Below are positions 38,471 to 45,895 of a DNA stretch of 64,000 bases, piece after piece; the first letter of the stretch is position 1, and each line of letters starts with the position of its first letter. A model generated the notes under the pieces. That model worked only from the letters and a program-made list of their open reading frames with translations. It ran no database searches and was not told the DNA's origin. The translations under genes and the position numbers were made by a program. This DNA comes from Akkermansia muciniphila (GTDB taxonomy: Bacteria; Verrucomicrobiota; Verrucomicrobiia; Verrucomicrobiales; V1-33): positions 2,944 to 66,943 of the forward strand of contig CAMAUV010000008.1 in assembly GCA_945861415.1 (NCBI GenBank), given 5' to 3'.

Positions 38471-39958
38471 TTAGCGGGAGACGGGTGCAAGGGCTTCGAC
38501 GACGGGACGCACGAGGTCGAGGAGGAGATTCGGGAAGAAGCCGGTGATGAGCAGCGCGGCGACGAGGAGCAGCGCGGGGATGCGTGTGTCCTGACCAATG
38601 TCTGTCACGCCATAGACGGCCTGCCCCGGCTGGCCTTTGAATACGGCCCGGTAGGCGCGCAGCATATAAACAGCGCTCATCACCACGCCCCACAAGGCAA
38701 GGATGGTCGCCCATTCCAGCCAGCCGAGGCATCCGCAGTCGGATTTGTTGGCGAATCCGCCAAAGAAGATGTTCACCTCACCAGCAAAGTTGGCAAAGCC
38801 CGGCAGCCCGATGCTGGCAAAAGCTCCCATGCCGAAAAGTAATCCAAGGACGGGGGCGCCTTTCGCCATTCCTCCCAGACGGTGAAATTGCAGCGTACCT
38901 GTTTTCTCCCGCACCGCCGCGCACAGCGCAAAGAGCAGCGCAATGCTGATGCCGTGGGCGAACATAAGCAGGACCGCCCCCCCGTAGCCGATAGCATTTC
39001 CGCTGGCAATGCCGAGGAAAATGTATCCCATGTGCATCACCGAGGAATTACCCAACACCATGTCAAGTTCCTTCTGGGCGATGGTCACGAGACCGATAAA
39101 GAGAATGTTCCCGAGGAGCAGTATGATCAGAATATGCTGAATCCACTCGGCGCTTTGCCCCAGCGGCAGCATGGGCACCGCAACCCGCAACAAGCCGTAA
39201 AGACCGAACTTTTTGAGCACCCCGGAATGGAGCATGGCGACCGGGGCCGGAGCCGAAGCATAAGCCGGGGCCGCCCATGAATGGAACGGAAAGAGTGAAA
39301 TCAGGATACCGAATCCAATGAGCAGTGTCAGGTAAATATGCTCCTGCGTGCCCCCTTCTATGCCCCTAGCCTGCGCCGCGAGTTTCGCCATGTCGAAGGT
39401 CATCTCCCCTCCCTTCGCAGCAGCTGCAACCACCAGCCATGCAAGACCGGCTAGCAGGACCAGACTCCCGAACCCCAGATAGATAGTGATCTTCCACGCA
39501 GCGTCCTTGTTGTTACCTGTGCCGCGCATCCCAATCATGAGGAAGGTGGGGATCAACGCGAGTTCGTGAAAGGCATAGAAGAAGACGAGATCCGTGGAAA
39601 CGAATGCCCCCATGGCCCCCGCCGCTATCAACAGGGCGCTGCTATACCAAAAGCCTTCGCCGCCCTCTTTTGGAGGCCTGACCCACACGGCAGCCAAAGT
39701 CACCAGCACCGTCAAGAGGACCATGACCAAGCTCAACCCGTCGATTCCGACGTTGAAACCCATGGCCGGAGAATTCAACACGGCCCGTCTGGCCTCAAAC
39801 TGAAAGCCATCACCGGGCACAAAAGTAAACGCAAGGCAGAGAGCGATGAGGAGATTCGCCCCAGCCGCCGCCAGTGCGGCTGAGCGCGCAGGCGCTCCAA
39901 ATGCCATCGCCACAGCGGCGATAATGGGGAGGAAAATCAGCAGGTCGAGCGGACTCAA
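38471..39958 (-). CDS. nuoM: NADH-quinone oxidoreductase subunit M
   Basis: GIDGLS, FFYAFHELALIP, FPFHSW, LHSGVLKKFGLYG, SSVMHMG, MFAHG and GLPGFANFAGE; TTG start assumed (ORF open to 40039). Confidence 0.93.
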   Translation of the reverse strand: MSPLDLLIFLPIIAAVAMAFGAPARSAALAAAGANLLIALCLAFTFVPGDGFQFEARRAVLNSPAMGFNVGIDGLSLVMVLLTVLVTLAAVWVRPPKEGGEGFWYSSALLIAAGAMGAFVSTDLVFFYAFHELALIPTFLMIGMRGTGNNKDAAWKITIYLGFGSLVLLAGLAWLVVAAAAKGGEMTFDMAKLAAQARGIEGGTQEHIYLTLLIGFGILISLFPFHSWAAPAYASAPAPVAMLHSGVLKKFGLYGLLRVAVPMLPLGQSAEWIQHILIILLLGNILFIGLVTIAQKELDMVLGNSSVMHMGYIFLGIASGNAIGYGGAVLLMFAHGISIALLFALCAAVREKTGTLQFHRLGGMAKGAPVLGLLFGMGAFASIGLPGFANFAGEVNIFFGGFANKSDCGCLGWLEWATILALWGVVMSAVYMLRAYRAVFKGQPGQAVYGVTDIGQDTRIPALLLVAALLITGFFPNLLLDLVRPVVEALAPVSR

Positions 39959-40515
39959 GCGGTCGGGATCGTTGGTGTTGGTGCCGCTCCGTGCGGCAGG
40001 TTGCCGATTATTGAATGCGCCCCCCGGCGGCAAGGGCATTTTGTGAAATCTTTCACAAGCTCTGGCGCTGATTCAATATTTGGATCGTGACCACAGCGAT
40101 CGTTGCTCGCTGCGGAATTTTATAACTCGCTGATGAATATTTAACAGGTTCTCGACGAATTTTGGGCTTCATTGTTCTGGCTTCGTCATTCCCGGCGCAG
40201 TGTTCAGAAATCAGACAGTTCCAGCACCGCCGGTCTGGAGACAATGATTTCAGCGTGAGGAATCCTAGCGTGGGCATCTCCACCACAAACTGAACCACCG
40301 ACTTCTAGGCAAGATGACCCGTTACTTTGCCTGCGGCGATTAAATCGGCGTTTCCCAAGAAAGCACCCAAGAAGTGCCACCCAAAAGCTCCGGCAAGGCA
40401 GGACCTCAGGTAGTAAAGTTCGCGCGACCTCGCAGGCACCAATTCAAGAAAAACTCACGCCACTTAGCTTAAATTCCCCAAAAAAGCAGTTTTTCTTTTT
40501 TTTATTGAAATTATA

Positions 40516-40543
40516 TTGACGTGAACCTTTTATGTGCGATAGT
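40516..40543 (+). promoter_or_regulatory. Sigma70-like promoter of the major pilin gene
   Basis: TTGACG (40516-40521), 16 bp spacer, TGc-GATAGT (40538-40543), preceded by A/T tracts resembling an UP element. Confidence 0.5.
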
Positions 40544-40593
40544 CGCATTAACCATACCCACCATAACCAAAGCAACCAGCACAAAACGAAAAT

Positions 40594-40995
40594 ATGAAAA
40601 ACCTAAAAGTCAGCAACAAGAAGGGATTCAGTCTTGTCGAACTCCTCGTGGTCATCGCAGTGATCGGCGTAATCGCCGCTATCGCGATTCCCGCGATGAC
40701 CAACATCTTCGGCAACAGCCGCACGGCTAAGAGCAAGCGCAATGCCCAAAACATCGCCAGCGTTTACTCTGCAGCGCGCGCTGCTGGCGCTAGCTTCATC
40801 GGCAACGGCGGAAATGGAACCACTGTGTCGGATATAACGAGCCAACTAGCATCAGGAATTAACGGTTCCGGAAGCTTCAGCACCAGCAAGTTCCAGATTT
40901 CCCTAGCCCCCACCGAAATCATGGAAGCTACCGCTTTTCTCGATGCTGCTGACATCATCAACGGTGTGCTGAAGTATACCGGCACCGCCCCTTAG
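40594..40995 (+). CDS. Type IV pilin / pseudopilin (probable major pilin)
   Basis: Class III signal KKG|FSLVELLVVIAVIGVIAAIAIP; has its own promoter and terminator. Confidence 0.93.
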   Translation: MKNLKVSNKKGFSLVELLVVIAVIGVIAAIAIPAMTNIFGNSRTAKSKRNAQNIASVYSAARAAGASFIGNGGNGTTVSDITSQLASGINGSGSFSTSKFQISLAPTEIMEATAFLDAADIINGVLKYTGTAP

Positions 40996-41021
40996 TCGTC
41001 AGCTTGAGACTCCCTATCAAA

Positions 41022-41056
41022 CCCCATCCGGTCTAAAGACCGGGCGGGGCTTTTTG
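41022..41056 (+). terminator. Rho-independent terminator after the pilin gene
   Basis: CCCCATCCGGTCT-AA-AGACCGGGCGGGG followed by CTTTTT. Confidence 0.7.
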
Positions 41057-41224
41057 AACCCAATTTGTTTCACGGTTTTGGCGCGCCGCCTAGTAGTCAG
41101 GTAGGCGCAAGTTTGTTTTCTAGGCCTCGGGCCAGACCTACTTCCTTTCGCAGACAAGGTTTTACTGTTTGATCCCCGGGAGGCAATCTACCATGGTTCC
41201 TGCTTTCAGCTTATGGCCATCTGA

Positions 41225-42016
41225 TCTAATTTAGCCGCCAAGTCGCTGGACCTAACCAGCAGAGAGCTGCGCTACCGGCGGTTTACAGACTTCGAACTCC
41301 TGAAGACGGTCGCCATTATGGTAGTTTTCGCTTTGGCTGCCCCCGGAGTCTATGCCGGAATCCACGGCAGTTCCGAGGCAATCAAAGACCTCAAGAACGG
41401 GTTAAAAACTGTGGGCTTTCATGCTGCGGCCTTCCTTGTCTCCATGTGCTGTGTCTGGGGCAATCAGCGCACGCAGGGATGGAGTGACCGGAACAAAATC
41501 CTCGCGGATATTCTCGAAAAATACCCCCCGTAACATCTGGTCCGCACTCAACTTTAGGCTGTTCACATTGACGAGGGACACAACTCCGGGGTGATCCGAC
41601 TGCACGATAAACTCTTTGCTGTGGTTGATAAGCTTGATGCAATTAATGACGCCAGCATATCGGTGAAATTTGAAATGAAGGAAGTGGCCATGGCCCCGTT
41701 CCGCTCTTTCCAGTGGATGATTTACGCCCTCGCCGGTCATGATGTCCGCGGTCCAGCTAAGCAACGGGCCGGAAAGATCATCCCGGCCTTTGAGCGCCGT
41801 TGCCTTCAGCACTTTGACCGCGTGGCGTTTCTCCAGAACCCTCGAAATATGCCAACGGGCTGTCCTCACCCCATAACCTGCAAAACGGTGAGAGACCGTG
41901 CAGCAGAAATCGATGCCCTAGGGAGCGCCAAAGAGGACGATTTGGCACTTGATCCCAGAAATTTAGGCAGAGCCAATACTTTAAATATGGAAATTCTTGA
42001 AATCCTTGCTATTTGA
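41225..42016 (+). pseudogene. Decayed membrane/TPR protein gene within the pilin cluster
   Basis: ORFs 41318-41533 and 41591-42016 share one frame, split by TAA 41531 and TAG 41555; read-through gives TM-RTQGWSD...ILEKYPP*HLVRTQL*AVHIDEG...IRLHDK, a TM-to-TPR junction pattern. Confidence 0.5.
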
Positions 42017-42069
42017 GCTACAGTAGCGTAACTTGCCCCCATCCTGTAACTCCATGCCTTCGCCAGAAT

Positions 42070-42525
42070 ATGCTTAAGACCAAAATGAAACGCGCATTCA
42101 GCCTCGTGGAAATGCTTCTCGTCATTGCTATCATAAGCATTCTGGCTGCTATGGCCATTAGCAATTTCTCAAATGCCTCTCAGGACTCCCGCGACATCAT
42201 CTCCCGGCAGCAGTTGGCCGTGTTGCAGCAAGCGCTAAACCACCACGTGAACAAAGAAATCGGCAGAGTCACTAACTCAGGTGGCTCCCCGCAGACAGTC
42301 TCTCAAGTCATGATCGCCTACAATGCAAAGGCTGGGCAGCAGCGATTCGACACCCTAAAACTTTTCCTTGATGACTCGCTCTGGTCGGGTCCGACGGGGA
42401 CGGAGAATCTTCAGTTCAACTTATCTACCCAGAGGATAACCACCAAGGCCATGCGCGATACGAACAACTACATGACCCTTCCCAACTGGGTCTCAGGATC
42501 CTTTCCCAAAGTCCAACTCAACTAA
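42070..42525 (+). CDS. Prepilin-type N-terminal cleavage/methylation protein (minor pilin)
   Basis: KRA|FSLVEMLLVIAIISILAAMAI. Confidence 0.9.
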   Translation: MLKTKMKRAFSLVEMLLVIAIISILAAMAISNFSNASQDSRDIISRQQLAVLQQALNHHVNKEIGRVTNSGGSPQTVSQVMIAYNAKAGQQRFDTLKLFLDDSLWSGPTGTENLQFNLSTQRITTKAMRDTNNYMTLPNWVSGSFPKVQLN

Positions 42526-42558
42526 TTCGCACCGGCCAACCTTTACCATTATGAGAGA

Positions 42559-42954
42559 ATGACTCGCTCCAGCAAAAAATCCTCCGGCTTTTCACTCGTT
42601 GAAGTGCTCGCAGCCGTGGCCATCATCGGCATTCTCGTTTTCATCGCCATCCCGAACGTCGTGCAATCCCGGCGGGATGCCGAAGAGCACTTCGCCATCG
42701 CCCGGGCTGAGGCCCTGAATTCTGCCGTCAGCCAGTATATTCAGTCCGTGGGCCGCGGCAACGCCGGCACGACATGGACGGGCAAAGACAACGCTGAAAA
42801 ATACGCTCTGGTGAAGGGCTATCTGGCCTATTCTCCTGCAACCGTGGGCAGCTATATGCCTAATGGGTATACCTACAACTTTGGTTTCACGCCGGATACC
42901 AAGGTCACCATCACAAGAGGCAGCGGCACCAGCGCGGAATCCATTTTCTACTAA
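42559..42954 (+). CDS. Prepilin-type N-terminal cleavage/methylation protein (minor pilin)
   Basis: SSG|FSLVEVLAAVAIIGILVFIAIP. Confidence 0.92.
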   Translation: MTRSSKKSSGFSLVEVLAAVAIIGILVFIAIPNVVQSRRDAEEHFAIARAEALNSAVSQYIQSVGRGNAGTTWTGKDNAEKYALVKGYLAYSPATVGSYMPNGYTYNFGFTPDTKVTITRGSGTSAESIFY

Positions 42955-42988
42955 GCTCCTGTACTAGAACCGCATCCTAGGCAATTAT

Positions 42989-43474
42989 ATGCTCCAAACG
43001 CTCATCCAACGGAAGCCTCGCGCCGGTTTCAGCTTTGTTGAATTGATCATCACCCTTGCCATCATGGGCTTGCTGGCTGCCGTCGCCATTCCAGTATATT
43101 CGAACGTGACGAAATCTTCCGGGGAGACGATCGCCACGGACCACGTGGAGAGCCTGAACCGGGCGGTGGCAAAGTTTTCCCAGAACTGCTGGAGGCTGCC
43201 CTCCCCGGCGGATAACTCGGTCACCACCGATGAGTTTGTGGTTCTGCGGAGCATTCAATACAGGTTCCCGATATCCAATCCCAAAGTCGGATCACCCTAT
43301 TTCGACCCACGATACAACCCAACCGCATCCTCCAGCACGAATGATCTGCGGATTCGCTGGAACGGCACTGGTTTCGAACTGCTCAAGACCGGGACAGCCG
43401 GAAGCGGACTGCGATACAACGGCGGCAACGAATACACGCCCCCCTCCAGTTTCCCGAATGGCTACCAGCCTTGA
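42989..43474 (+). CDS. Prepilin-type N-terminal cleavage/methylation protein (minor pilin)
   Basis: RAG|FSFVELIITLAIMGLLAAVAIP. Confidence 0.92.
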   Translation: MLQTLIQRKPRAGFSFVELIITLAIMGLLAAVAIPVYSNVTKSSGETIATDHVESLNRAVAKFSQNCWRLPSPADNSVTTDEFVVLRSIQYRFPISNPKVGSPYFDPRYNPTASSSTNDLRIRWNGTGFELLKTGTAGSGLRYNGGNEYTPPSSFPNGYQP

Positions 43475-43521
43475 ACAGCTTCCTAAGAACAGCCGCCACA
43501 CTCCTTTTTCACCTGTAAAAA

Positions 43522-45714
43522 ATGCCGACCAATCCAGCCAACATCTTACCCGCCGTGTCCTCCCGCTATCCAGTCGAGGATTCGAGCGGCATGGAAGATA
43601 ACTTCTGGAACAAAGTAGCAGAAAGAGGCCGATTCCCTGCCCCGGCTCCAGTTGCCCGTCCGGACAAGGTGGACATTGAGCAACTTGCCTCCTCCATTTC
43701 CGTTGCGCCGGTCAAACTGCCTCGCGGAACCTGTTCCATACCTGCGGAAAACCTCCTGCGCCTTCTTGGCCGTAAACCACGCACATCGGAGCCATGGATA
43801 CCAGTAGGCACCCTTGGTCCACTGCTGATCATGGCGCACTGCCGCACGGATTCTGATGACTTTTGGGGCGTCCCAAAGGCGCTCACAGTGCCCATCATGA
43901 TCGATGTCGCCCAATACGATTCAATCCTCAAAGATCTCTGTTCCCGCATTGGCCATAAACCTCTGGCTGATTCCAATCCAGTGGAAAACCTGCCGGCACC
44001 GCCCGTCGGCGAACCGAAGGCGGCACTGCGCTGGTTCACCGAGAACTACCCGCTCAGCCAGGATGAGAAAGAAAAAATGATGCGGCTTTACGAGGAGAAC
44101 GAGAACAAGCCGCTCGCTTCCCTCGATGACCTCAAGTTCCTCCCCCGCCATTACAACGCGGCCATCCTCCGCATCGCTACCGGACAACTGGCGTTCAATC
44201 CGGAGGAGGCTCCCTCACAAAACATGTTCCCGGACACGCTCTTGGACAAGCATACCGTTTTCCCTCTCTACTGCGGCAGGCGCCATGTATACATGATGTC
44301 TCCGGTGACTTCGAACTATGCGTTCGAGGACGAGTGGCTCTCCGGCGGGAACGACCCCGTCAAAATCATTTCCGTTCTCGCCGATCCGGCCGCCATCCGC
44401 GCCGCTATTGCCCGCAACCGCAGTAAGGCCGCCCGTGAAACCAGCGGCACGAAGGTCGGGGAACTGACCTACTCGGACACCCAGAGCATGGTGGAAATCG
44501 ACCCGGTCGATATCTCCCGAATCAACCCGGCAAATCCCAATAATACCGCCGAGCAACTGGTCCAGTGGGCGATCTACCGTGCGCTGACGATGCGCGCGTC
44601 CGACCTTCACATTGAGAAATTCTACAACACCGCCCGATTCCGCGCCCGCATCGACGGCGAACTGGTAGTCATTCATTCCTGCTCAGAGGAAAGCCTCCCT
44701 CGCTACATCGCGATGATCAAAAACTGGGCCAACCTAGGCCAGGAGCGCCAGACCTGTCAGGACGGTCGCTTTGCAATGCGCATCGGCCAGCGCCGCGTGG
44801 ACGTCCGGGTCGCTGCCGTGCCCCACCGCAAAGAGTTCCAGAAGATCATTATGCGCTTCCTAGACAAACAGGACGGCATCCGCAAACTCAGCGAGCTCAA
44901 TCTCGGCCCGCGCCAGACGAGCATCATCAAAAGTGTCATGGGACGCGACCAAGGACTTGTGCTCGTCACCGGTCCCACCGGCTCCGGCAAGACCACCACG
45001 CTCTACGCCTTTCTCAATTCGATCAACGATGACAACATCAACATCCAAACGATCGAGGACCCCATTGAATATGAAATCGAGGGCATTAATCAAACGCAAA
45101 CGGACGCCTACCATGATCTGACTTTTGCCAATGGTCTGCGGGCACTGCTCCGGGCCGACCCCGATGTCATCCTCATCGGTGAATCCCGGGACGGAGAAAC
45201 TGCCGGTGCCGCCATCAATGCAGCGCTCACCGGACACTTGGTGCTCACCACTTTGCACGCCAACGACTCCCTGCGCGCCATCTCCCGTTTGCTCAGCATG
45301 GGTGTGGAACCTTATCTACTCGCTGACGCACTGTGCATGAGTCAGGCCCAGCGTCTCGTGCGCCGCCTTTGCCCCTACTGCAAGCACCCGCTGCCTGCGA
45401 GCCAGGAGGTCCAGGACTTCCTCTACCATCAGGGAATCATCACCGAACCAATCACTGAACCCATTTACCAGAAAGTGGGCTGTGAGGAATGTAATGGCAC
45501 GGGCTACACCGGACGGATCGCCCTCATGGAAGTTGCCCTCATCACAGCCGAACTCTCCACCCTCATCGCCACGCGAGCCCCGGTGAATGAGTTGCGAAAA
45601 GTCGCAGTGAAAGATGGATTCAAGTCGCTCTATCAGGAAGGGTTGATCCAAGTCCTTGGCGGCCACACCACCTTCGATGAGATCAACTGCCTGAGCTATA
45701 CGGCTATGGAGTAA
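43522..45714 (+). CDS. GspE/PulE/PilB family assembly ATPase
   Basis: ASDLHIE, QDGR, Walker A GPTGSGKTT, TIEDPIEY, LRADPDVILIGE, TGHLVLTTLH, AQRLVR and Zn motif CPYC...CEEC. Confidence 0.95.
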   Translation: MPTNPANILPAVSSRYPVEDSSGMEDNFWNKVAERGRFPAPAPVARPDKVDIEQLASSISVAPVKLPRGTCSIPAENLLRLLGRKPRTSEPWIPVGTLGPLLIMAHCRTDSDDFWGVPKALTVPIMIDVAQYDSILKDLCSRIGHKPLADSNPVENLPAPPVGEPKAALRWFTENYPLSQDEKEKMMRLYEENENKPLASLDDLKFLPRHYNAAILRIATGQLAFNPEEAPSQNMFPDTLLDKHTVFPLYCGRRHVYMMSPVTSNYAFEDEWLSGGNDPVKIISVLADPAAIRAAIARNRSKAARETSGTKVGELTYSDTQSMVEIDPVDISRINPANPNNTAEQLVQWAIYRALTMRASDLHIEKFYNTARFRARIDGELVVIHSCSEESLPRYIAMIKNWANLGQERQTCQDGRFAMRIGQRRVDVRVAAVPHRKEFQKIIMRFLDKQDGIRKLSELNLGPRQTSIIKSVMGRDQGLVLVTGPTGSGKTTTLYAFLNSINDDNINIQTIEDPIEYEIEGINQTQTDAYHDLTFANGLRALLRADPDVILIGESRDGETAGAAINAALTGHLVLTTLHANDSLRAISRLLSMGVEPYLLADALCMSQAQRLVRRLCPYCKHPLPASQEVQDFLYHQGIITEPITEPIYQKVGCEECNGTGYTGRIALMEVALITAELSTLIATRAPVNELRKVAVKDGFKSLYQEGLIQVLGGHTTFDEINCLSYTAME

Positions 45715-45895
45715 GCGGCCCTTTTGATGGCGCGGTCAACCACGCCGCCATCAGGCAATTCCCTAAACAATTGTGAGGAATCCCGACTTGCGGCTTACCC
45801 CCCTTGCCGTACTATCAGACGAGAGGGTTTTCACCGGCATCCCGCATCGGGGGCGTAGTTAAGGTGTCGGCCCTACGCACCCATTTCCTCAAGCC

